From Octopus bimaculoides (lineage: Eukaryota): 39,795 bases of DNA. This document shows positions 9,701 to 22,000 of this stretch, piece by piece. Made by a program: the position numbers and the translations under genes. The notes below the pieces were generated by a model. That model searched no databases. It was not told where the DNA came from and saw only the letters and a list, made by a program, of their open reading frames with translations. How positions within the stretch are numbered: the stretch's first letter is position 1; the number at the start of each line of letters is the position of its first letter. The stretch spans positions 50,954,183-50,993,977 of the forward strand of contig NC_068997.1 in the NCBI RefSeq assembly GCF_001194135.2, read 5' to 3'.

Positions 9701-12700
9701 GCCCAATAATCACCTGGAGAGTTACAGTAGTAAATCAGCTTAAACCCCCTACTTATGCAAATTAACATCTCAAATGTCCCTGCCTCATAAGTTGAAAAAC
9801 ACGAAGCCTTTTTTTAGGTACTACTGAAACAGCGCGGACCCGAACGCGCAGTCGCGAGTGGTCGATCCTAACCCTAACCACGTATTCATTTGCACACGCG
9901 GGTTAGGATCGACCACTCAAGACTAGCTAGCGCGGACGCTCTGCTTTAGTAGCACCCCTTTTTTATAAAGCCCCTGTTACTCGAAAGTTGGGAAACGTGT
10001 ATTAAAGAAATACACACACGAACAGTTTTCGGCGAAAATACCGGGTGTGTGTATTCCTTACCTTCGCCAAAACAAGAATAAATAAACACTACACTTTGAA
10101 TATTCAACAATCTCAGCGTCGTAAAATAGAGCAAAGGGGACAAACAGTAAAAGACTTTTAACAAGGCCCCACATTACCATCAGATTTCGCCTAATTATCT
10201 CAGCACTTAACTAAACCAACACTAGATTAGTATTTATAAACACGGTTCACCCGCCCGATCGCTTTAAAAATCATCTAAGAAAGCTAAAGTTCGCAATTAA
10301 AATAATGATTGTTAATCATTTAACGGGATTTGCAGTAAATCATGCAAGTGACCGGTAGTAGCGGTCGAGCACTGGGCAAACATTCAAGTCGCAAATCTCA
10401 AAACGAAGGGACGGCGGACACCACGAGGTCGGAAAACAATCATCGGTGATCGCTTACAATAAAGCTGATGTTTTAATAATGTTACAAACATTGATCAAAA
10501 GACAAAAAAAAACTTGATACTAAACTTGAAGACACCGAGACAATATTATGGTGCTTTCTTTGTTTTCCGTTCCTAAATTTTATACATGGAAAAAGTAAAT
10601 TAACCTAAATATACAAAGATCGTCTAATTACAGCTTAGTGCCCCACTGGCAGTTTCCTCACACATTTCCGTACATATTTACTCATCAAATCTGGTAGATA
10701 CATCGCAGAAGGTGCAGATTATAATCGGACGAATAAAATTTCGAAGGAAAAAGGTTTCGGATCATCAAAACTCTTCGATCGATTTTATTACCAATCTTAT
10801 TTTTTATCTACCTCACCCCTTAAATCTGTTCGAAATATAAAAATTACGTAGTTTACTCTCGAAGATGGATATTAATGAGATGAATACACTAATTCGAGTA
10901 AAAGGAGCGAACGATTCCGAGCATTCTCCAGAAAATCCTTTTCTGATTTTTAGCCTTGGAGTCGTAATCCACACCCTCGAAAATGCTTCATTGCATCTTT
11001 TTATTTATAATAAAATGCACTAACACATACCCGTAAAATAAATTTAAAAAAACCAATATAATAAAGTATGAATTTTTCTTTCTTCCAAATTTTAAAAATC
11101 ACTCCCCATGATCTTTTATGTAAACCACACGTATTTAATTATACGCAATATATTCTAGAAAAAATACACGTGTAAGTACATATAACTGTAGTTAGCAAAA
11201 TGAAATAAGAAGAAACGCGATCGCTTGGTTCTAAGAATTAAAGGTACTAAATATTGTGAAGCAAATAAATATCGCACGTGTTCCGAGAAATCGAGTCAGA
11301 GGAGACGAATAATACTCACCAGTTGAGACTGTAAAAGGGAGAAAGAAAGGAAACGAGACTTTATATAGTGAGGGAGACAGGAAGAGAAAAAGTACGGTAA
11401 ACTGACGCATGCGCTGAAAAACAGCAATTTTTTCCCTCCGAAGAGCAGGTAACTCTGTATTTTTAATTGAGGGCCATGAGATTTTGAAGGTTACTACTAA
11501 TAAACCCTTTCTACTATGGACGCAAAACCTGTATTTGGCGGAGGTTTCTAGTTGATTACGTAGACCCTGAAAGGATGAAAGGCAAAATCGACCTTGGCGG
11601 AATTTGAACTCGAGGTTAATGATTATTGAGTTTATTATATGTAGTTCTTTGGTGTGCTCCAATTTATTAGAAAGGTTAAAAAGAGGGAACAGAAAGCCAA
11701 GGAAATAAAGGCAGAAGCGAAAGCCAAAAGCACGAACACAGAATAAAACACAAAAATAGAGCAAAAGAAACAGTAAAAGAGACTTAGAGGAGAAAGTGCT
11801 TTGGTGTAGCAAGAGGAATTTGAAGAAACAGAATTTTTGAAGGAGGCAGTGTCCTGACAATTAACAATGGAGAATAGTTTAATTCCATACTTTTGACAAT
11901 TCTGAATCAAACAGAATGAAATAAAAAAAATATATACCAACTCCCCACCACCACCAGACAACAAAAAAATGAAAAATGTTTAACCCATTACCTCCCATAA
12001 TTCTATTAACTGGAATTTTTTTTTATGAAACTTTGATTTCTAGCATAAAACAGCCTTAGAAACACACTGGAATGATCAAAATAACATTTTAAATAGAAAT
12101 AAGCGAGATATTGGGTGAAAAATTAGCAAACCTCATTTGAATATCAGAGAAATGTACCTGGTAGATATAGCAAAAAGGTTAGATATGTGTAAATATTGAC
12201 AGATAATTACGAAATTTGTAATTTTTAAGCGATCTCATACGAGATCACTGGTAGGTAATGGGTTAAGGATTACAGAGTGATGAAAATGTTTCTATTTATT
12301 TATTTTTTATATAACATGAGATTTTAGAGACTGGAGCAGATAAAAATCCAGGCTAGAAAGGTTTCATAGCTAGTGGATTACCCCTCGTTTGGTTAATTAC
12401 TACTTTTGAGGTTCTGCTAGCTATGAAACATTGGCAGCCTGGATTTTATCTATGCCAGTCCCTAATTTTGGAATTCTATTCGCAAACACAGCAACCACTG
12501 CTGATAACTGTGAACTTTAACTTTTCCCAGATTATTCAACTTCAATACAGGAAAAATTTATGTTTTACATCAATAAACCATTATTGTTTCTGAAAGATGT
12601 TTTTTTATACCTTCATTGGACAGCTCAAAGCTTACTATCTTCACTCACCATAATCCTTGCATCTTACCATTTCATATTCCTGAGCATCAAACTAATACAC

Positions 12701-13017
12701 CTGTCTTCGTATTTTGTTTTTCTGTAAATTTCAACTATCTATCTATATATATATGTATCTCTCTCTCTCTCTCTTTTTATATATATATATATATATATAT
12801 CTATATATATATATATATATATCTATCTATAGTTAGCTATATCTATCTATCTATATATGTATCTCTCTCTCTCTCTCTCTCTTTATATATATATATATAT
12901 AGCTAGCTATATCTATCTATCTATATCTATCCATCCATCCATCTATATATCCATCTATCCATCTATCTCCATCTATCCATCTATCCATCTATATCCATCT
13001 ATCCCCATCTATATCCA

Positions 13018-13052
<35 letters not shown>

Positions 13053-16000
13053 CATATATATATGTATACATATTTGTTTTCACCGTCCTGTTTATGTTAC
13101 CTATTTAGACCCTCCGTAAAATCCCAAATTTAATTTAATTTGCTTTGCGGGGCCAACTGTTTTATCAAAAGCGTATATTGTTGTTAAATGCTCGAAATAC
13201 GAGACTAGAAAAACAGCCAACAGCTGATGAAGGGTCGTTCATTATGTTGTTTTCCATTTGTGTCTTTTGTTGTTCGAAAAAATAGTTCATGTTCCATGAG
13301 GCTATAAGAGAAGACACCTGCCCAAGGTGCCACACAGTAAGACTGAACTCAGAACCATGTGGTTGGGAAGCAGGCTTCTTACCATACAGTCATGGAAAAA
13401 AAAAAACATGCAATTACCTCTCTTGATATGACTTTAGCTGTTGAGACATCACAGGGTTCGGAGAGAGCAATGAAGTCCCCAAATGATGACATGCGGTCAG
13501 CTCCTTCAGAGAATATAAACAATCAAAGTTAGAATCTGATTGGAGAAATCAGACATAGAATCATTTATTAAGTTGCTGTGTGTGGAAGACGGGGCAGGGC
13601 CCATGGCACTTGCTGGCCCTCTAAGATTGGTAAAATTGAGGCTGTTTACATTTTGTTTAAGCTGTTGCTGGGCAACCCTTGCTAGGAGACGATTCCAGTG
13701 GGAGGGAAGGAAGATCTGACAAAGGATTGGTCACAGTGATTTGTGCAGAAAGGAACATTGCAAGTTCACCTATTGCTGCTGTTCAATGAATTAAGAAGAT
13801 CAGATTGGTAAATTGAGATATGGGCCTTAGCTTGGCTTGAACTCATAATCATGTGATTAAATATCCAGCATCTTAACCTCATGCCCAAAGTATGTGTTGA
13901 ATAGAATTTTACTATTATAGTAAAATGGCAGTATAGTTAAGTGTGTTTCCCAGTCACATGGCTTTGGGTTCAGTCCCACTGCAAGGTACCTTGGACAAGT
14001 GCCTTCTACTATAGCCCTGATCTGATCAAAACATTGTGAGTAGATTTGGTAGATGGGAACTGAAAGAAACCCAATGTATGTCTTTGCAGTACTATGTTCC
14101 TTGGAAAAGGCTTTCATATCACACTAGCCAGATTTTAAAGAATTAGCTGTAAAAATTAAGACTCAACAAAGATCTTCAATAAGTAGAGATTAACCAATCT
14201 AGTTCAGCCAGCAAAACTATTGTGTTGGTGCAGAATTATTGCAGCTTTTTTTTCAACAAATTTTATTCAACAAAAGCAATAACAATATTTAACAAAAACA
14301 TCTTTAAATGACGGTCTGACCGTCTGCCAAGCAAATGGGAAGCAGGAATTGAAGTAGATGGTGAATATGCTCCAGAATAATCATTTCAAAGATGTTTTTG
14401 TTACATGCTATTGATTTTGTTGAAAAAAACCGCATTATGTACCAACCCAATATGTAGAGTTATCTTTTCTTACTCATAATTTCAAAACATGTCTTGTAGC
14501 TCTTGAACATAAATAAACATGGAGTTCCTCTTCTAAAAGAGTTTGGATTCTCTTATATAATATATAAAAGCTTGTTTAATATACTCACCACGGGCTCTTG
14601 CATAAGCAACAGCAAGGGGACTCAGATCCTCCATATCATTTACCATACACAGTTGAGCCTGTTCAGGACTAAGGGGTGTTCCTACTGCAGCACCTGACGA
14701 TAAAATAGACAAACAACATTGAAGAAAAAAAAAAGAAAAGAAAAAACCCACCAAAACAATCATTTGGGTATAATGGATTCTTTAATATCTCATGGTTCTT
14801 CTATACAAGATCTTCATAAGACATAAGATCCTGCTTAGAGAAATATTATGAGAGTCCTTTAGAAGAATATAAAACTCTGAAAGAAATTTCACAGATTAAA
14901 GGTTTCAGAAGAATTGTGAAGGAATGATCATGTCTTTCCTTTGGGATCAATAATATCAATAGAACAGTCAGGAACTGAGATGGAACCTGGAGACTTGATT
15001 TGGTGAGAACTGAATCTTCATTAGGCCGCACTGTATTTATTACAAAGAAAATCTCAGTCCTTGAAATTCAACAAACTGCCTGAAGACAAGAAAGACATTG
15101 ACAACACAGACATACTGCTTCTTTTATTCCCCCTTTTTTTTCATTTTAACATTCACTTTTCCATGTTTGTTTGAGTCAGATGAGATTTTCCCAAGACACC
15201 TGATGAAGACTGGAAGGTATATCAGCCGAAACATTGTGTTAACAAACAAGATGAGGACAAATATCTATCAAATGCAAATAATGTACTTGATCAGATATGT
15301 TTAGTTTACAGGGAAGACTGGAAATGAGGGACTCTGCTTGAATAATGAAATGCTTTTACAATTTTCTCAATGTTAACACAAGATCAAAATGAACACACAC
15401 ACGCACAGCTATTATTGAGCCAAAGAACATACCTGCAGGGCTGACATGTTTAAACGAGGTTGCTGCTGGCAAACCAAGAGCATTTTTCAGTTCTTTCACC
15501 AATTGCCAAGCATTGAAAGCATCACAGAGGTTGATAAATCCAGGGGAGCCATTTGCAACTGCAACAAAAAGAAAACTCCATTAATTCCAGATCCTAAATT
15601 TATCACCAGATCAGTCTTAGGAATGTAAATCTACCACCAAAGACAATCCAATCATGACCCTCCTGTTGATTTTTCAGACACAATGTATCTAGGGCTATAT
15701 TATCCAATGTGTGTCACTTTTATCATATCTTTTAGCAAAGATGTAATTGAACCAATTTGGTAACAACCCACCTCTCGGTTCTGTGGTACAAAATTTCTAA
15801 AATTAGTTTAACAACAAAATCATTTTATTTTCTTATTTTTTAAATCAACTGAAATAAAAAGAGGATGTTTCTAGATAACAGAAGAATTGAAAGGGCTTCA
15901 GTTATTCCTTGTAGGCTGAATGACCTGTAGAAACTAGTTGGGTTGTATACAGGTGAAGGAAGAGTTTGTGGGTGTCTACATGATACCACCTGTAATGAGT

Positions 16001-19000
16001 ATCCTGCACAAGTTGGAATATTTTATTTATAATTAGAGTCCTAGATTCTCAAACACTAACTTGGGGGGTTTAGGGGGAAGTGATGATGATGGTGGGCTGA
16101 CCACAAGGAAAAGTCCTTGCTGTGGTGTGGTGGGCCTGTAAACCATGCTAATATGGTCCATCTCTTTCCAGAGGTAAAAACGAGTTTACATACAGCCAAC
16201 ACCCCTACCAGTCCTTGTTGTGATGTTGTGGCTTGTATGGCCCAATGACCCTGAAACACATGCCAGCAGAGTGTCAGCTCCTAGTAGGGTCTCCCATACA
16301 GGATAGGTAAAAAAAACAGAGGCCAAACTAAGAGGGACCACCCTTTTGAAGTGATAAAATTGCATTTGCATAAGATCAATACCTGTACTTAGTGAAAAAG
16401 GCAAAAGTAGAGGAGAATCGAAGATAAATCAAAACCTGGGAGAGGAAGGATCACTCTCTCAGGGACTCCCACATACTGAGGTTGTGGCCCCAACAACTCA
16501 GAGTCAAGAACAGTAGAGAAAAGCTAATGGCATATGCTCTACAGGAAGTGAAGAACTTAAGGGCTATGATGGTAGTGATAGCCTCACCATGTTATTTTAG
16601 AATTGAGACTGAAATCTTCAAGAGAGAATCACTGACTGAAACAGGTTTTTGGATAGATTGAAGAATATTTACCTTTCAAAGGTAATTCTGATGAATTGGT
16701 AAAGAGCTGTGCTGGTTTCTGATGAGGATTCATACCATAGCGCAGGGGTAAGTGGGAAACATTCTGGCTAAACTGCTTCCGGAAGTAATCAGAGATAGCA
16801 GCATCATACTCTGCTGTATGGTTGAAAGCCTGCAAATAAAGAAGGCATGCATAAAATTTAGGAACATCTGCATCGTTTCATGCCCCATCGTTTCCATGAT
16901 TTCAAGAGTCAGGCGAAAGTTGTGGCGGATTTTCAACACTTGGATGGCCCTTTCAGTCGTCAACTCTCACATGTCTCCAAGCAAGGTAATAATTTCCACA
17001 GCTAGACATGGCTTTCATGAAAGACTGGAAATGAATGACATTGGTTGCATCATAATGATGATGTCCACACACACACACATGTGATGGATACTCCTGTCAA
17101 AGACAATGTATGAGCATTCAGCTTTTGACCTGTGATTTGTTTATAGTGATCAAATGTTTGTGCCACATGTTTATAATGATCAAATGTTCGTGCCACATGT
17201 TTATAACAACCAAATGTTTGTGCCACATGTTTATAGCAATCAAATGTTAGTGCCACATGTCAGTCCACTCTCTCCATCAAAAGCGACATTGTCTGAAGGG
17301 TTGCATCGTGTACCATGCATCAGGTGTTGAAGTGGTCGCAGAGCTGTGTGAAATGAAGCATTTTGTTCAAGGCGTTTGTCAGCCTTTGAGTGCAGCAGAA
17401 TACACTCGGCCCACAGTACCATGCTGTAGGACTGAACCTGAAACCACAAGTTTGGGAAACGAACTACTTAACCTCGCAGCCTCTTTAAATAAACGCCAAC
17501 AATAAAGGAGGAATGTCTCACCTTCACAGCAAGTCTTTTTCTGGTTTCAAGGGTTGAATCTTTCGTTGGGGAGTTCTTCATTTCTTCAATTATTCTAGAA
17601 AAGGATAAAAAAAAAAATCAAAAAAAAAAAAAAATCTAAGGAACAATAATTCATTCTTTGTTCAGTTCTATTTGTCTTAATGTTCTCAAGGTTTTACCAT
17701 CATCATTGTTGTTTTAACGTCCACTTTTTCATGCTTGCATGCATCAGATGGAACTTGTTTCAGGTAAATTTAATATGGTCAAGTGCCTTTCTGTTGTCAA
17801 GTCTCACCTGTTTCTAAGCAAGATGGTATTTCCCATGGACAGACATGATATGCAAAATCATTACCTAAAGTCCGTTTCTCATGCTGGTACAAGTTGTGTG
17901 TGAAATTGCATGCATATATATTATATAAATTCATGGCTCAGTGGTTAGAACGCTAAGCTTATGATCATGAGGTTGTGAGTCCGAATCCCGGACCAGGCTG
18001 CATGTTGTGTTCTTGAGCAAGATACTTTATTTCACGTTGCTCCAGTTCACTCAGCTATAGAAAGGAGTTGCGACGTCACAGGTGCCAAACTGTATCGGCC
18101 TTTGCCTTTTCACTGGTGGCGTGGAAAGGGGAAGGTGGTATGCATGGGCGACTGCTGGTTTTCCATAAACAACCTTGCCCAGACTTGTGCCTGGGAGGAT
18201 AACTTTCTAGGTGCAATTCCATGGTCAGTCATGACCGAAGGGGGCCTCAGTATATACTACACACACACACACACATCAGCTAAATCGCCTTTAACTTTTT
18301 TTTCCATAGTGAAACCATATTCAACACCGTATTTATGTATTTTTTTCTCTCACCACAACACATGGGATCTTTTTCCAAAACAATTTGCTATTACTCAAAC
18401 GTAAAATAAATGAATGTAAAAAAATTTTCAAACTTTTATAAAGAAAAAAATTGGATCTTGTGAATTTTCCGAAAGTCCCCTCCCCCATCCAGTTCGTTAG
18501 AACAACTTTTTGTTTTCATATTTGTTTAATACATTTTTTTTACACCTATTACACTTTTTTTTTGTTTTTGCTTTGGTAGCCGGGTGTTAAAGTAAACCTT
18601 AATCCAGTTTCCATCTACCAAATCCACTCAAGGCTTTGGTCAGCCCGAGACTATAATAGAAGCCACTGTCAGATTGAAACCGAAACATGATTGGGACGCA
18701 AAATTGGGCAAGACTTCCTTTTGTCCCACCCTACCCGCGAAGGGACGTAAGTCTTTCCCAAAGTTCTTCCAGGCGCTAATGTGTGTGCGTGCGTACATAC
18801 ACACACACACAACGGGTTCGACACTTGGTTGTAAAGAACCGAAATGCTTACGGGTCAAGGTGAACGAATGCGGGCGAAAATAAAGGCAAGGGAGTTAATC
18901 TCACTAACATATATTCTTGTTTGTTATCTCCCCTTCCTTTGTTTTCTCTATCACAATTTGTTTTATGATCTCTTCTATGGAACTACAGTAATACCTCACT

Positions 19001-22000
19001 TCACGAGGACCCGCTTTACGAGACCCCAGGTTTACGAGTTTTATTTTATAAATATAAAAAAAAAGGCTAATTAACCATTTTGCGTGTGTGTATGTGTGGC
19101 AAATCCGGTTCTGACGCGTCTAAACAGCTGCATATGGCAACAGAATTAACTACGGCCTAAAATTTCAGTCGGTGCGTGCAATTTGTTGAGAGATTAATTA
19201 ATTATAAGTAAAAGTGGACACCGTTGATCGAAAAGTTAACTTCATTAATCATTAATCGGTTAACCAAAAAGTTAAGTTCGATAACCGTTAATCAGTTAAT
19301 TATTTCGCAATGTAACGGAAGTTATCGATAAACCGTCAACGTTAATTTTCATAATAGAAAAAAAACAAAACAAAACAAAAAGTTTTAGCTCTAAAACGAA
19401 CTACAAACACCTTTAAAACGGGCCAAAACTACAAAATCCGTAGAATCAACGGAATTCAATTAGTCCGATAATGATTTCCGGGGTTAACTTCAAAAGTTAA
19501 ATCGTTAGCGAAAATGTTAACTTCGTTAATTAATGGATTAATGGTCCGATGCCCAAGTTTGATTATAAGCTAATTCTTCGTACCACATTTTTATATTGTA
19601 TACGTGTATTTACACTGTTATTTTGGGCATTTTTTAAACCCACCTAAAATGTTGAAACGAAAGTGTACAACGGACACCGACGGGAAGAAAAAGAAACGAA
19701 AAGCCATCACTTTGGAAACGAAGTATGAAATTGTGAAAATGCACGATGGTGGTACAACTGTGAAGAACATCAGTGACAAATTTTCACTTAACTCGTCAAC
19801 TGTCTGCACAATTCTCAAAGAAAAACAAAAATATTTATCTCAAGTGAGAAATGCGCAGCTTTTGTACTCAACCTGGTCTCGTAAAAGAGATTCTGGAAGC
19901 ATTATTCCGGAAATGGAAAAACTTTTAAACGTATGGATAAGTGACACAACACAACGCATGCATATGAATGTCAACCGAGCGGCGATTCGGAGCAAAGCCT
20001 TGTCTCTTTTCAGTATGCTTAAAGAAATGAAAGGTGNNNNNNNNNNNNNNNNNNNNNNNNNNNNNNNNNNNNNNNNNNNNNNNNNNNNNNNNNNNNNNNN
20101 NNNNNNNNNNNNNNNNNNNNNNNNNNNNNNNNNNNNNNNNNNNNNNNNNNNNNNNNNNNNNNNNNNNNNNNNNNNNNNNNNNNNNNNNNNNNNNNNNNNN
20201 NNNNNNNNNNNNNNNNNNNNNNNNNNNNNNNNNNNNNNNNNNNNNNNNNNNNNNNNNNNNNNNNNNNNNNNNNNNNNNNNNNNNNNNNNNNNNNNNNNNN
20301 NNNNNNNNNNNNNNNNNNNNNNNNNNNNNNNNNNNNNNNNNNNNNNNNNNNNNNNNNNNNNNNNNNNNNNNNNNNNNNNNNNNNNNNNNNNNNNNNNNNT
20401 TCTGGAAACGTATGCCATCCAGAAGTTACATTGCTAAGGAGGAATCTGCGCGGCCTGGTTTCCAAGTTGCTAAAGATCGGGTGACATTATTATTTGGAGG
20501 AAATGCATCTGGAGATTTAAAATTAAAACCGATGCTAGTTTATCGAGCGGAAAATCCGAGGGCACTTAAAGGCATCTTAAAAAGTACCCTTCCAGTTATA
20601 TGGAAATCTAATAAAAAAGCTTGGGTGACAGCAACATTATTTGAAGAATGGTTTTCATATCACTTTGTGCCAGAAGTTAAGGAATATTGTGATAAGAACG
20701 AACTTCCATTTCATGCAATGCTACTTATTGGCAATGCACCTAGCCACCCTCCAATTCTGAAACATCTCCATCCTAACGTCAAAGTTATTTTTTTGCCTCC
20801 AAATACAACATCACTTCTGCAACCAATGGATCAGGGTGTTATTGCCACTTTTAAAGCCCATTATTTACGTTTCACATTTGCAATGTTGAATGAAGAAACA
20901 GACAGAGAAGGGGCACCAACTCTAATGGAATTCTGGAAAAATCACAATATTTATTCCGCAGTGAAAATCATAAGTAAAGCTTGGGATAACATCCCTCAAA
21001 AGAATATGAAGGGCACTTGGAAAAAACTTTGCCCTCAATTTCTTGATGATTTTGAGGGTTTTGAATCCCTGCAAGAAAATGTAGATAAAGAAATAGAAGA
21101 AATTGTAAAGCTGGCGAATGAATTGAATCTCAATGTGTCGGCAAGTGATATCGTTGAGCTGCTTCAATCACACAGTGATGAACTCACTAACGAAGACCTT
21201 ATTGCAATGCAAGAGCAGGCAACAAAAGAAGAAAAGGACACGGTTGAAGAGGCGCCAGTTAATGCATTCACTTTTAAAGGACTCAAGGAAGCGTTTCAAC
21301 ATTTGGATAAAGCCTTGGAAATTTTTCAAGCACAAGATCCAAATTTTGAACGAAGTGCAAAAATTTCTACCACCATAACAAATGCTTCTGCGTGTTACCG
21401 AGAAATTTATAAAGAGCAAAAAAAAAAAGCTAAGCAAACAACTGTAGAAGTGTTTATCAAAAAGGAATCAACAAATGCTTGTGAGTTGGAAATTGCATCT
21501 ACAAGTGATGGTGTGCACGAGCCTAATGCAAGGGAATATGATTCTGAAAACAATTCTAATTATAATATTTTTTTATTATAAATGATTCTTGACATTCTTT
21601 TTACTTTACACGAAATATTCTTTACATTGTTCTGTTGTTTTATTGCCATTTATTTACAAGTATTATAAATTTTATAAGTAAAATATTTTTCTGGGGACCA
21701 AATTACGATTTATAACATTGTTATTATGGGAAATTATTGCTCTGCTTTACGAGCAATCTCTGGGAACAAATTAACTTGTATATCGATGCATTTGTGTATT
21801 AGACATTTCATTTCTTTCTGATGAAGAGTTCTGTCTTCACAGGAAGTAAAACTTTGCTAAGTTTTTCTATTCACTATTTCACTGGATGACCGAATAGTCA
21901 GAACCTCTTTAATACAAAATTACTATTTGTAAATCTCACAACGCGAGATATTCAGCAACAGTACTTTGTAGTAAAGATTGTTTGCCAACATAACATAGCA

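Larger units (their letters stand above)
18986..21796 (+). mobile_element. Tigger/pogo DNA transposon, antisense in ATIC intron 6
   Basis: Left end TA|CAGTAATACCTCACTTCACGAG, degenerate right end ...AACTTGTATATCGATGCATTTGTG|TA, TA target duplications, encloses a transposase ORF. Confidence 0.8.

Noticed and set aside
9680-9790. Possible C/D snoRNA (CUGA...GUGAUUA...CUGA on the minus strand)
   Set aside because: No acceptable C box or terminal stem, and no rRNA or snRNA target I could assign; worth a cmscan but not supportable by eye.
10178-10278. Possible C/D snoRNA (AUGAUU...CUGA...CUGA) with GGGUGAAC matching 28S GUUCACCC
   Set aside because: The 8-nt match is not followed by a D/D' box in register, and there is no terminal stem.
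11231-11964. 209-aa and 109-aa minus-strand ORFs in intron 11
   Set aside because: F/L/C-rich low-complexity translations of a purine-rich plus strand that run through a CORE-SINE fragment; no recognisable domain.
17139-17258. 30-bp repeats resembling a CRISPR array or a repeat-coding exon
   Set aside because: Head-to-tail with no spacers, eukaryotic intronic context, no splice signals; an ordinary minisatellite.
17934-18010. tRNA-like A/B boxes here and in other SINE heads
   Set aside because: No complete cloverleaf, and each continues into a SINE body.
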